Origin: a virus
Length of the DNA stretch: 39,096 bases
Strand: one strand, 5' to 3'
IMG/VR virus record: IMGVR_UViG_3300035556_000082
Coordinates: 1-39,096 of that record
Below, piece by piece: positions 17,697-26,479 of the stretch (position 1 is its first letter; every line of letters begins with the position of its first letter). Below the pieces are notes generated by a model. The model ran no database searches, was not told where the DNA came from, and saw nothing but the letters and a program-made list of their open reading frames with translations. Position numbers and translations under genes: made by a program.

Positions 17697-19001
17697 TCAC
17701 ATCCCCCTCGGCTTCGATCCTACCTTGGCGATTCCGTAGAATACCCTCATCGCCCAGTACCTCGTCTCATCGCAACTGTGATCAGATTTTTTTACCGGTT
17801 TGTCTTCGCCCCTTTCCTGTGCCTTCACGTCCCAGACGTAATTAAGAAGCTCCTCGATCGTCTTTCGGCATCCTGAATAGATCTTGAAGAGCCCCATCAC
17901 AAGAGCCTGGGATACCGTCTGGATGCCGTCCACCACGGCGTTTCGGGCTGGATAGATGACGATGCCGGGGAAGTCCTGGCGAAGTTGGCCGATGAAGTGT
18001 TTTGCCGAAGGATCAACGTCAATCGATTTGGGCCGGATTTCTTGGCCGTTCCAAGTGAGGAAGGCTTTCATCGTGGCCGAGTACTCGGCGTCGGTCTTCG
18101 ATCCGCCCCCGACCGTTGGGTCGTGATACATCTCTTTGACTTTGTACCAAACCCCCGAGGCCAAACCATATAGACCAAAAACGGTGGGGTTGCTCGCGCC
18201 ATAGTCCACCGCCACGCGCCATGCGGAGAAGCTCGGGGGTAGCTTATCCACCACAAAACCGTCTTTAGGGTCCGAGCTGAAGAAATCGTAGATCGCACCT
18301 TCCGCCAGGCACCAGAGGCCGAGGATGTACCGCTTGTAAAAGATCGACCCCGAAGCGTAAAGCTGCCGATATCGAGCTTTCGTGGCTTCGGTGAGGCTTG
18401 GGTTGTCATCCATCAGGAAGTGCATCACGTAGAGGCCGAGTTCTTTCGCCCGGTCGATCCACTTCGTCTTAAAGTAGTGATATGGGCTCTCGGGGTTACA
18501 GTTAAACCAGAGCTTCGCGCCATCCACCGAACATCGACCGACGGCCTGATTCACGAAGCTTTCTGGCTGGAGGGCGACCTCGTCGAAATATGCCCCCGCC
18601 GCCGTGATGCCCTGGACGAGATCCTGACTCCCCTCGTCTTTACCGCCGAATAGGTAAAAGTAATTCGTGATACCGCAATATGAGACTTCGACCATATTAT
18701 CGGCCCGGTGGTCGATATAGACCATGTCGCGGCCGAGTAGCATCCTCTTGAGCGGGGCGATCACGTTTCGCCGGAGAGATCCTATCGTCTTTCCAGCCAG
18801 GATGAAGTTCTGGTGGTTGAATCGGGACATCGCCCAACAGACAAACGAGAATGACATGGGGGCCGACTTGCCCGCCCTGATAGCGCCCTCCGCGACGATG
18901 CCGTTAAGGTTCTTGATCGGGCTCCCTTTCGTCCACCAGGTCATCAATTGCCATTGCTTCTGGCTTAATGGAACCCATCGGAAGGGTGTAATCACTTGCA
19001 T
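17697..19001 (-). CDS. terL: Terminase large subunit (PBSX-like)
   Basis: Walker A GAIRAGKS, Walker B YFDEV, CNPESPYH, nuclease VAVDYG and DHSCDETRY. Confidence 0.95.
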   Translation of the reverse strand: MQVITPFRWVPLSQKQWQLMTWWTKGSPIKNLNGIVAEGAIRAGKSAPMSFSFVCWAMSRFNHQNFILAGKTIGSLRRNVIAPLKRMLLGRDMVYIDHRADNMVEVSYCGITNYFYLFGGKDEGSQDLVQGITAAGAYFDEVALQPESFVNQAVGRCSVDGAKLWFNCNPESPYHYFKTKWIDRAKELGLYVMHFLMDDNPSLTEATKARYRQLYASGSIFYKRYILGLWCLAEGAIYDFFSSDPKDGFVVDKLPPSFSAWRVAVDYGASNPTVFGLYGLASGVWYKVKEMYHDPTVGGGSKTDAEYSATMKAFLTWNGQEIRPKSIDVDPSAKHFIGQLRQDFPGIVIYPARNAVVDGIQTVSQALVMGLFKIYSGCRKTIEELLNYVWDVKAQERGEDKPVKKSDHSCDETRYWAMRVFYGIAKVGSKPRGM

Positions 19002-19473
19002 CTATTCCCGCCCATATATCAGGTGATACGGCCTCCAGCGCCTCGAAGAAACCATCAGATTCGGTCTTGTCTCCTCCAGCCCCCGTCTCTTTCCGTCTCT
19101 GTTCCAGGAGCCGCTCGACCGCCGAGGTCCATTCCATCATGCCTTTAGGGTATCGGGATTTTGGCAAAATCGCTTTCAGCGTCGAGAGACCTTCATCTAG
19201 GAGCAAAAGGCGCTCTTCGGGGCCGAAGGTTGATAAATCAATCTCCGCGATGGATTCGGGTTTAGGAATTGTAACCTTAGGTTGATAACCTTTTTTCGGA
19301 GGGCGGCCTTTGCCTTTGCGAGAATACCCTTCCTTCTTCGCGATTCTTGAGACCGTCGGCTTCTTCCCGCCATCGCCTAATCGCTTTGCAGCGATCTCTT
19401 CAAACGAAAGCCGTCCCTCTCGGAGATCATCGATAATAGCGTTTCGGACTTCCGGAGGAAGAGGCGGCGGCAT
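18904..19473 (-). CDS. terS: Terminase small subunit
   Basis: N-terminal HTH, acidic C-terminal DGFFEAL segment, immediately upstream of terL (98-nt overlap). Confidence 0.7.
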   Translation of the reverse strand: MPPPLPPEVRNAIIDDLREGRLSFEEIAAKRLGDGGKKPTVSRIAKKEGYSRKGKGRPPKKGYQPKVTIPKPESIAEIDLSTFGPEERLLLLDEGLSTLKAILPKSRYPKGMMEWTSAVERLLEQRRKETGAGGDKTESDGFFEALEAVSPDIWAGIDASDYTLPMGSIKPEAMAIDDLVDEREPDQEP

Positions 19474-19482
19474 GTCATCAGT

Positions 19483-19791
19483 TCACCTTTCATGTCTGAA
19501 TTTGGATTTTCGACCCACAAATCGGCCCCATCGGGCAATGTCCCGCTCGGAAGGTTCCGAAGGCTGGTAGATCTCCCTCGGCCTCATCCCGCACGTAGGA
19601 CATCCTCCGTTCTGGAGGTCCCAGAAGATTATTTTACGGCAACGAGGACATATAAAATCAAGGATCTCCAGCCTCGCACCAAAAACGGGCTCCCAGTGGT
19701 GAGATGTCGGCGGCGAGGGCTGGACTACCAGCCCCCTGGAGTCTTGCTTACCGTCCGGTGGCCCGACGGGGTTCGGAATCACTGCCTGCAT
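19483..19791 (-). CDS. Zinc-ribbon protein at the head of the late operon
   Basis: CPRC...CPTC; consensus promoter about 20-25 nt upstream. Confidence 0.6.
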   Translation of the reverse strand: MQAVIPNPVGPPDGKQDSRGLVVQPSPPTSHHWEPVFGARLEILDFICPRCRKIIFWDLQNGGCPTCGMRPREIYQPSEPSERDIARWGRFVGRKSKFRHER

Positions 19792-19940
19792 ATAACATCG
19801 TTACGATATAAATACTTTTCGTCTAAATGCCTCTGTTGGAGGCGGATAGCGTGGCAGCGGCGGCACAAGAGCACGCCGCCACGTCGCCTCATCTCGGACT
19901 CGTCCACCGAGCGCATACACCCCCAGCAGTAGGCGATCAT
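19779..19940 (-). CDS. Small zinc-finger protein (53 aa)
   Basis: Manual translation MIAYCWGCMRSVDESEMRRRGGVLLCRRCHAI...; CxxC..CxxC; ATGA coupling. Confidence 0.55.
   Translation of the reverse strand: MIAYCWGCMRSVDESEMRRRGGVLLCRRCHAIRLQQRHLDEKYLYRNDVICRQ
19807..19822 (-). promoter_or_regulatory. Consensus archaeal promoter (BRE CGAAAAG + TATA TATTTATA) for the packaging/virion operon
   Basis: Minus strand reads GACGAAAAGTATTTATATCG, positioned for near-leaderless initiation at 19791. Confidence 0.7.
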
Positions 19941-20149
19941 TCATGCCCCGGCCAATAGGCCACCGGCCTCCGGCCGCCGCGCCCGGGCTTCTTGATCCCG
20001 TGATGCTTGCCCCGCCAGTATTGGACCATCGTGGCATAGCACCCGTTGCCGACGATGTCGGCTATCTCCCGGTCGGTGAGGCCCTCGTCGACACGGGCTT
20101 GGACCCAAGCCTTGTCGGCGAGCTGGGGATGGGAGACGGGCCGGGGCAT
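19937..20149 (-). CDS. HTH DNA-binding protein (70 aa)
   Basis: EGLTDREIADIVG..C.ATMVQYWR.KHHGI. Confidence 0.7.
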   Translation of the reverse strand: MPRPVSHPQLADKAWVQARVDEGLTDREIADIVGNGCYATMVQYWRGKHHGIKKPGRGGRRPVAYWPGHE

Positions 20150-20280
20150 TATATCGCCTCCCATGCCACCATCGCCACGATGGCGATCGCGAACATGATG
20201 GACCACCATAGGATTATCAGCAGCCCGCCCCGGCCGTCCAGAAGGTGAGCGAAGCCGAAAAACGCGTCGGCTTTCGGCAT
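20149..20280 (-). CDS. Small membrane protein (43 aa)
   Basis: LLIILWWSIMFAIAIVAMVAW TM helix; stop/start overlaps on both sides. Confidence 0.5.
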   Translation of the reverse strand: MPKADAFFGFAHLLDGRGGLLIILWWSIMFAIAIVAMVAWEAI

Positions 20281-20525
20281 CAGCTCCACCTCGCCAGCAT
20301 CGGGCCGATCAGGAGGAGGCCCGGCTCGACCCCCAGGCGTGCCGCTAGGGGCACCACACGAGCCCGCCAGAAGCTTTCGTCGCCTTGCTCCATCCCAGCC
20401 CGGCCCCGGAGCATCCAAGCCCTCTGAAGGGCTGTAATCTCGTCCTCTGTGACGGGGCGGTTGGAGAAGTCCACTCGGCAGGCGTTGCCCTCACAGACGA
20501 CAACCCCGAAGTCTGATAAGGTCAT
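20280..20525 (-). CDS. Hypothetical protein (81 aa)
   Basis: Coupled ORF chain. Confidence 0.55.
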   Translation of the reverse strand: MTLSDFGVVVCEGNACRVDFSNRPVTEDEITALQRAWMLRGRAGMEQGDESFWRARVVPLAARLGVEPGLLLIGPMLARWS

Positions 20526-20809
20526 AAGAACCCCTTCAATGTATCGATCTGGCTTTCGAGTTCCGCTATCTCCTCATATTTGAGATGCTTGATTCGCTTG
20601 AGTCGCTCGATCGCCTCCTGTGGGGTGGGGTAGCTTTCGACCAACGGGCGGACATCAGATCGCCTATATTTTATGAAGATCGCCCGCCGAACGACTGCGC
20701 CCCCGGCGGTATCCGTCGCGCTGGTGGTCATACCACAGTCAATGCACCGCACCCCAGCAGTAGAATCACCCAGATTCAAGTGAAGGCACGTCGAATCGTC
20801 GTCGGTCAT
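20522..20809 (-). CDS. Hypothetical protein with CxxC and coiled coil (95 aa)
   Basis: ATGA-coupled start at 20809; RCIDCG; C-terminal heptads. Confidence 0.55.
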   Translation of the reverse strand: MTDDDSTCLHLNLGDSTAGVRCIDCGMTTSATDTAGGAVVRRAIFIKYRRSDVRPLVESYPTPQEAIERLKRIKHLKYEEIAELESQIDTLKGFL

Positions 20810-20916
20810 TTCTTCCATCCCCACTGCGGTATCGTGTCGGGCCGCTTCAGCCGTTCGGCGATCTCTCGCAGCTCCTCGTCGATCGCATCCAGCGATCGAG
20901 AGCGGTGGCGGGTCAT
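20806..20916 (-). CDS. Small hypothetical protein (36 aa)
   Basis: ATGA overlaps at both ends. Confidence 0.4.
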   Translation of the reverse strand: MTRHRSRSLDAIDEELREIAERLKRPDTIPQWGWKK

Positions 20917-21167
20917 CTTCTCAGCACCGCCTCGACGTACCCGGCCTCGAATCGGTCGCCATGCCACAAGACGCCGGGGTCGTGGTAGGCGTCGCCCGCC
21001 CGGAGGATCGGGGCCGATAGGCTGAAGATGCCATCGCACCGGAGCTCTGCCAGGACTGCCGGTTGCGTCATGTCTCGTTCCTCGAAATCGATACCGAGCC
21101 GCTCCAGGTGGGCCGCCAGCACGCGGCACCTGGGGCAATCTGGGGTTTTGTATATGACTACTTGCAT
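20913..21167 (-). CDS. Glutaredoxin / NrdH-like redoxin
   Basis: VVIYKTPDCPRC active site and cis-Pro motif SAPIL. Confidence 0.85.
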   Translation of the reverse strand: MQVVIYKTPDCPRCRVLAAHLERLGIDFEERDMTQPAVLAELRCDGIFSLSAPILRAGDAYHDPGVLWHGDRFEAGYVEAVLRR

Positions 21168-21242
21168 ATTTTCACCTCACAAAATCCATCGCTTCTTCCA
21201 GGTTGATCGACTCCTTCTCCTCCAGTCGAAATATTACCATCT

Positions 21243-24200
21243 TCATCGCCTCGATGGTGGATAGTACATCTTTGGTGATCTCTCTTCCCATCCTCTCGCC
21301 GTCAGCTTCGGGGCTCCTTCTCCCTCTCTCAGATCAAACTCCATTTCGAAAACCTCCACGTGATAAGCTTCTCCTTTGCGCTCCATTTCAGAGAGAACTT
21401 GATCCATTTCGTCAAGTTTCTCAGGTAGATGTATGACAAAGGTATGTATTTCTCGGGTAGAATCAACTTCTTCAACGTCTCCCGTTAACGGTTTCTCAGG
21501 TACAACAGGTAAAAGGCCATTTTTTCCATATTCTCTCCTATAGGGAGATGGCCCGAATCTCTTAAGGACATAATCCCATGCTTTTACCTGAGATACCTGA
21601 GAAACCGTTATCTCCTGGCTACTGTCTATAGTATTATACCTACGGTCTACCTGAGAATAGATACTACTACCTGAGATCTCAGGTAGTAGAAGATCTATAG
21701 CTTCCTTAGCCTTATCATCATAGAACAACAGGCCCCTATAATACGTGCAATTTCTCCCATCAGAGTCTTTGGTCCTGGAACCGTCTCGCCCCCCACAAAA
21801 TCGCTTAACGCTTCGGCCGAAGTAGGCCTCGTCTACAACCTCGCCCACCATAGCCGAACACCACTTTTTATAATATTCGTATATTTTATAAGTCGGGTGG
21901 CGGCCTGCCCAGTTGATAAGCTTCTCCTGGTCGATTTCGGGGTCATATTCACAGAAGGCCTCCAGGAACGATAAGACGGAGGCGCTTTGCCTGGTGTACT
22001 CCGCAAACATGACGGCGGCGGGGCGCTTGTGGATCGTCATCGTTTTGGAGACCGCCGGGGCCCTCCACAGGATCAGGTTGAGGATTCCCGACAGCTCCTC
22101 GTCGGTAGTCAGTTTGCTTAATAGCAGGGGGTCCTTTTTCCGTTCAAGGGGATTTTCGGGGTTGGGTTCGGCGACATAGACGTAAGGCAGGTCTACCTTC
22201 ACGAACCGCTCCATCCAGCCTATCGAGGTGTCCTCGATCTTCGGCATGGCGTTGGTGTCGACGATGGTCTGGAAGTAAGGCCTGAATTGAATCCGGCTCT
22301 TGTTTTTCCTGTCTCCGTCGATCGTCCCGTCTCCTGAAGTCAGCTTCATGAAGTCGGTCCCGATGGTGCTCTTCCTCTTCCCCGATTGCTCCGACGCGAT
22401 CCACCCCCTCTTTTTGTAGAACGATGCCGCCGCGAAGTTGTTCCGGGTTATCTCGGCCAGGGCCATATCTCGAAACGCCCCCTCACCGAAAAACCTCTTG
22501 ATAACGTTCTCATAAAGCCCCTTCCCGTTCCGCCCCAGTCCGAGGAGGAAAAGGACGTAAGGCAGAGGGAGCTTGATCGCTGTTGCGACGAGCCAATCGA
22601 TGAGAGTGAAACGGTCGGAGATGTGAGGGGCGCTCGTCTCCAGGAACCCTAAGAATTGAGGGCACCGGGCCGTCGGGTCGAAATCGACTTCGATCATATC
22701 CGTTATCAGGTCGTCGGGCCTGTAAGCCCGGACTTCGCCGGTCCTCAGATCGGCGACCCCATTTCGCAGGCCTAAAAGGAACGGATCGGGATCAAATTCG
22801 ACCGGCGACTCTAAAAGCCGGTTCCTGATCCGCCTCGTCACCTCTTGCACGTCCCGCCCGTTGGCCCGATCCCCGACGACAGAGACGATCTTCAGGTCAA
22901 TCTTCCTCTCTCCATCAGGCCTGTAGATCTGTCCATCGTACCAATAGATCTCCGTCTCGGTCTTCGACGCCGCCAGCACGAAATACTTCCCGATTAAGGC
23001 ATCGGTCGCCTTCGTCGGCGAAAATTTGAAATACGTTCCCCCGTCCTTCTTCGACACTTCAACGCAAAAATCGCTTAGTTCGTCTTTCGGCTGCGTCCCG
23101 TACTGGCCCGGCCAGACCGCCCCCTCGCATTTCTCATTTGGATTGCACAAGTTCAACCCCCCGAATCCGAGAGACGGATACCCGGCGCTCGTCTTCTGGA
23201 TCGTCCTACATGACGGGCTGTTGATGACCCCATAGGAGGTATAGAAGATCCTCGTCTCCACATCGCACCGCGCCGCCACATTGTACCACAGATCGAAGGC
23301 CTCGCCCTCTTCCCATCCGGCCTGATAAAGCCAGGCAGCCAACGCGCCGCAAACCCTATGTCCTCCCTCACCGCCGGGGAACGTCACCAAGGCCTGATAG
23401 AAGGGACACCAGTCCAGTATCGGCACGGGCTCGGGGGATCGGCTGATCTCTGTTGAGGTATTCGCCTTCCTGGAGATGTCCCTTTCGGCTTTGGCCGCGT
23501 AAGGCTTCAGTAGGGATATCAGGGCCCTTCGCTCGCCCTCCCCCACTTTCCAGGCATCGAGCCATCTGGCCGCGTCGGAGACCACGTCTTCCCGCAGGCC
23601 TGCATCGAGAGTCAGCCGGGCCCGGTCCAGATCGATCCTAATATCGTCCTTATCGAGCGGGACGACCGCGAAAGGTAGCTTTTTGTGGATCGATAGTAGG
23701 CACTTGATTTTCCGCTTCTGGTTGTTCAATTTGTCGAATTTGACTTTACCGACGTGCTCCGGGCAGGCCTTGAAAAACTCCGACTCGATATCATATAGAA
23801 GGGCGTTGAAGGCCTCCATCCAGACCTTGAAGTCGTGGTCCTGCTTTTCCCGGTCAAAGTCGGGGAGGGCCCTATTTTCGGATACGTCCGATATCCCTGG
23901 ATGAAGCCAGATATAAATCCCCTGTCCTGAGAATAGGGCCCCCACCGCCTCCGAGATGCCCCGCTCTTTCAGGTATCGCACCACGAAGGACGCCGCCGCC
24001 TCCAAGGCCTCTATCCTCCCCGGATGGTAGAGCGGCGATCCCGTCTCGCCGGGCTCCGCTGTGGCGTCAATGTCGGCGAATAGGCTGTAAGATATGAGAT
24101 CTCCCCGCGTTCCCAGGGGAACCAGGGGCCTTCCCTCTCCTCCTCGCCCCTCAATCCATTGGGCGGACTGATCGAATACTGTGGGGGCGAATACGTCGGC

Positions 24201-24410
24201 GGTCATGTAGAGGCATCGAGCCCTCGCCGTGGTGTCGTCATAGTCGGCGGGCCCCCGGAGCCTGACTGATCCGCCCGGACCCTTCGAATACCAGCCCTCG
24301 TCGCCGTTGAGCCCCCGGAGGCCCCCGCCATAGCTGCATAGCTTGAGGATCACTTCCTTAACTTCTGGTCGTTGATAATGGCCCTCAGTGATCTCCGTTG
24401 CGGTGTCCAT
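21243..24410 (-). CDS. Multidomain primase-helicase: AEP primase, Cys-containing helical domain, D5/P4-type SF3 helicase
   Basis: AEP motifs FADID and FSGQGIY; Cys cluster (WCPF, RVCG, PSCR, LCNPNEKC); D5_N FDPDPFLLGLRNGVADL; Walker A GLGRNGKG; MKLTSGD. Confidence 0.92.
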   Translation of the reverse strand: MDTATEITEGHYQRPEVKEVILKLCSYGGGLRGLNGDEGWYSKGPGGSVRLRGPADYDDTTARARCLYMTADVFAPTVFDQSAQWIEGRGGEGRPLVPLGTRGDLISYSLFADIDATAEPGETGSPLYHPGRIEALEAAASFVVRYLKERGISEAVGALFSGQGIYIWLHPGISDVSENRALPDFDREKQDHDFKVWMEAFNALLYDIESEFFKACPEHVGKVKFDKLNNQKRKIKCLLSIHKKLPFAVVPLDKDDIRIDLDRARLTLDAGLREDVVSDAARWLDAWKVGEGERRALISLLKPYAAKAERDISRKANTSTEISRSPEPVPILDWCPFYQALVTFPGGEGGHRVCGALAAWLYQAGWEEGEAFDLWYNVAARCDVETRIFYTSYGVINSPSCRTIQKTSAGYPSLGFGGLNLCNPNEKCEGAVWPGQYGTQPKDELSDFCVEVSKKDGGTYFKFSPTKATDALIGKYFVLAASKTETEIYWYDGQIYRPDGERKIDLKIVSVVGDRANGRDVQEVTRRIRNRLLESPVEFDPDPFLLGLRNGVADLRTGEVRAYRPDDLITDMIEVDFDPTARCPQFLGFLETSAPHISDRFTLIDWLVATAIKLPLPYVLFLLGLGRNGKGLYENVIKRFFGEGAFRDMALAEITRNNFAAASFYKKRGWIASEQSGKRKSTIGTDFMKLTSGDGTIDGDRKNKSRIQFRPYFQTIVDTNAMPKIEDTSIGWMERFVKVDLPYVYVAEPNPENPLERKKDPLLLSKLTTDEELSGILNLILWRAPAVSKTMTIHKRPAAVMFAEYTRQSASVLSFLEAFCEYDPEIDQEKLINWAGRHPTYKIYEYYKKWCSAMVGEVVDEAYFGRSVKRFCGGRDGSRTKDSDGRNCTYYRGLLFYDDKAKEAIDLLLPEISGSSIYSQVDRRYNTIDSSQEITVSQVSQVKAWDYVLKRFGPSPYRREYGKNGLLPVVPEKPLTGDVEEVDSTREIHTFVIHLPEKLDEMDQVLSEMERKGEAYHVEVFEMEFDLREGEGAPKLTARGWEERSPKMYYPPSRR
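21417..21689. repeat. Iteron/palindrome array, probable replication origin within the primase-helicase 3' end
   Basis: Eight copies of TACCTGAGA or its complement (one with 1 mismatch), a 17-bp perfect inverted repeat (21486-21502 / 21594-21610), a 26-bp perfect palindrome (21664-21689), AT-rich context. Confidence 0.75.
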
Positions 24411-25003
24411 CAGATCACCTTAATAAACTGCTGCTTATCGATTTTGGCCTGAATCAACGGAGAAAAGACCGGTCCCTCGGGATTATTCAAAGCCGTAGAT
24501 AATAAGAACCCTACCCCGACGTTCCAGTTCCAGCCATGAACATCCCTTTCAAACTCGGCGAATCGCCAGAGGGAGCGGAGGGCCTGGAAGGTGTACCTGT
24601 ATTCGGTGTTTGGAATCTCGCCCATCCTGGCGGCATAGTCGCGCCCGTCCGATGGGGGGATCGTCTTCTTCTCGAAGTCGAATAAGCATCCCCGGATGCT
24701 GTCTTGAGTAGCCAGTACATAACAGGCGGGCTGGATTTCGCGGTGATCCACATAGAACTTGAGCCCGTCCCTCGCATATCGAAGGGTCTGGGCGACGCCA
24801 TCCAAGACGTTTCCGGTGCTTTTAGCATGTTTAACTTCAACCGCTATGGGATACCCGTTGTTTATGATCAGCATATCGGGCCTTTCCGCCGTATCACATT
24901 GAAAGACCGGATAGCCGAAGTTGTTCTTTTTCTCCCAAAATATCCTGCCTTGAATCCACTGCGAAAGGAAGGATTTCACCTTCTCCTCATCTACCTTTGC
25001 CAT
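24410..25003 (-). CDS. PD-(D/E)xK family nuclease
   Basis: RPDMLI...IAVEVK...GVAQTLRY catalytic pattern. Confidence 0.75.
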   Translation of the reverse strand: MAKVDEEKVKSFLSQWIQGRIFWEKKNNFGYPVFQCDTAERPDMLIINNGYPIAVEVKHAKSTGNVLDGVAQTLRYARDGLKFYVDHREIQPACYVLATQDSIRGCLFDFEKKTIPPSDGRDYAARMGEIPNTEYRYTFQALRSLWRFAEFERDVHGWNWNVGVGFLLSTALNNPEGPVFSPLIQAKIDKQQFIKVI

Positions 25004-25018
25004 ACGGCGTTGCCTCCC

Positions 25019-25156
25019 TCACGCGCCCCCGTCCCTCATCGCCTCGGCGAGATCCAGCACCCTTTCAAGACAGTCGCCGATGGTATCGCTTGCATCTCCG
25101 AACTTTACCAGCCGGTCCTTATCTTTAATCCGGACTCGGATCATAGTTGTCTCCAT
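25019..25156 (-). CDS. Small RHH/CopG-like regulator (45 aa)
   Basis: Manual translation METTMIRVRIKDKDRLVKFGDASDTIGDCLERVLDLAEAMRDGGA; TATA about 25 nt upstream. Confidence 0.65.
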   Translation of the reverse strand: METTMIRVRIKDKDRLVKFGDASDTIGDCLERVLDLAEAMRDGGA

Positions 25157-25179
25157 GCTAGATAGCAATGCGCGTATTG

Positions 25180-25195
25180 CTTATAAAGATAACGG
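25180..25195 (-). promoter_or_regulatory. Promoter of the replication operon (CCGTTATC-TTTATAAG)
   Basis: TATA box about 25 nt before the ATG at 25156; the CCGTTATCT motif also precedes the TATA at 27901-27915. Confidence 0.6.
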
Positions 25196-25214
25196 CACAA
25201 AAGCCGCTACTTAT

Positions 25215-26459
25215 AGGAATGGGGTGCGGAGAGGGGCGTAAAACCCCGGTCTTTAGGCCGGGGATGTAGAGCCCCTCCCTTGTTTATGCGAACCTTTAAA
25301 TAGCATTAAGCCGTATAAACTGATATGCGCAAGTCGTTCAAGTACCGGATCTATCCAACTAAATCCCAGAGATCAAGGATGGAGCGGACGCTCGACTTGT
25401 GCCGATGGGTCTACAACCAAACCCTAGCATACCGGAAAGACGCTTGGGAGATAGAAGGGCGATCAACCTCGAAATACGAGACCCATAACCTTCTCCCCGG
25501 ATGGAAGGTAGAGAAGCCCGAACTGATAGAAGTCCACTCCCAAGTTCTCCAAAACGTTCAAGAGCGGGTGGAGTTGGCTTTTAAAGCGTTCTTCAGACGG
25601 GTCAGATCTGGCGAGAAACCTGGATATCCGAGGTTCAAAGGGAAAGGATGGTATGATTCGTTCACCTTCCCTCAGTCGGGGTTCAAGTTGGTGTCTGGAA
25701 AGCTCCGTCTCTCCAAGATCGGCGATGTCAAGATCAAGCTCCACCGACCCATCGAAGGCAAGATCAAGAGGCTGACTATCCGCCGAACCTCGACCGGAAA
25801 ATGGTTTGCCTGCTTCTCAGTGGAGATCGACGATCCTCCAAAGCCTCCCTGGAAAGACGGGTCGATGGCGGGCATTGACGTGGGGCTGGAGAGTTTCGCC
25901 ACTCTGTCCAACGGTGAGAAGATCGATAACCCCCGGTTCTTCAGATCCGAGGAGAAGGCGTTGGCCAAAGCCCAAAAACGCCTATCCAAGTGCGAGAAGG
26001 GAACTCCTGAGAGGAGGAAAGCCCTTAAGGTCGTCCAACGGATTCATGAGCGGATAGCTAACAGGAGATACGATTTTGCTCATCAGATAAGCAATCAGTT
26101 AGTCTCGAAATATGGCCTGATTGCGTTTGAAGATCTGAGTATCGCGAACATGCTTAAGAACCACAACCTGGCTAAAAGCATATCAGACGCTGCCTGGAGG
26201 ATGCTAGTCACAATCACGTCGTACAAGGCTGAGAGTGCCGGTTCGATAGTGGTTCTAGTAGATCCCAGGAACACGAGTCAGCTATGTTCCAGGTGCGGTC
26301 TTAAAGTCACGAAGTCGCTATCGGATCGAGTCCATGAATGTCCTCAATGCGGGCTGGTCATGGACCGTGACGAGAATGCAGCAATAAACATTCTGAGACT
26401 GGGGCTACAGTCTCTGCCAAAAGCTAGAAGCCCCGCCCTTCAGGGCGAGGAGTAGTCAC
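25215..26459 (+). mobile_element. Non-autonomous IS200/IS605-family element (tnpB only, IS1341-type)
   Basis: Subterminal hairpins CCCCGGTC-TTTA-GGCCGGGG (25244-25263) and CCCGCCC-TTCA-GGGCG (about 26431-26446). Guide tetramers AAAA and GAAG at the hairpin feet predict cleavage sites TTAT (25211-25214) and TCAC (26456-26459), both present. Confidence 0.85.
25325..26455 (+). CDS. tnpB: RNA-guided endonuclease TnpB
   Basis: HTH_OrfB N-terminus (MRKSFKYRIYPT), RuvC I GIDVG, RuvC II FEDL, zinc ribbon CSRC/CPQC, RuvC III DRDENAA; TTTAAATA promoter at 25295-25302. Confidence 0.97.
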   Translation: MRKSFKYRIYPTKSQRSRMERTLDLCRWVYNQTLAYRKDAWEIEGRSTSKYETHNLLPGWKVEKPELIEVHSQVLQNVQERVELAFKAFFRRVRSGEKPGYPRFKGKGWYDSFTFPQSGFKLVSGKLRLSKIGDVKIKLHRPIEGKIKRLTIRRTSTGKWFACFSVEIDDPPKPPWKDGSMAGIDVGLESFATLSNGEKIDNPRFFRSEEKALAKAQKRLSKCEKGTPERRKALKVVQRIHERIANRRYDFAHQISNQLVSKYGLIAFEDLSIANMLKNHNLAKSISDAAWRMLVTITSYKAESAGSIVVLVDPRNTSQLCSRCGLKVTKSLSDRVHECPQCGLVMDRDENAAINILRLGLQSLPKARSPALQGEE

Positions 26460-26479
26460 CGCGCCATGACTCAAAAGAA
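26330..26479 (+). ncRNA. Predicted omega/reRNA of TnpB (scaffold from the element 3' end plus flanking guide)
   Basis: Inferred from established TnpB biology; the 5' boundary is approximate; guide starts at 26460. Confidence 0.5.

Noticed and set aside
18215-18223. 9-nt match (CGCGCCATG) to the TnpB guide inside terL
   Set aside because: Too short and not preceded by TTAT; expected by chance in GC-rich DNA
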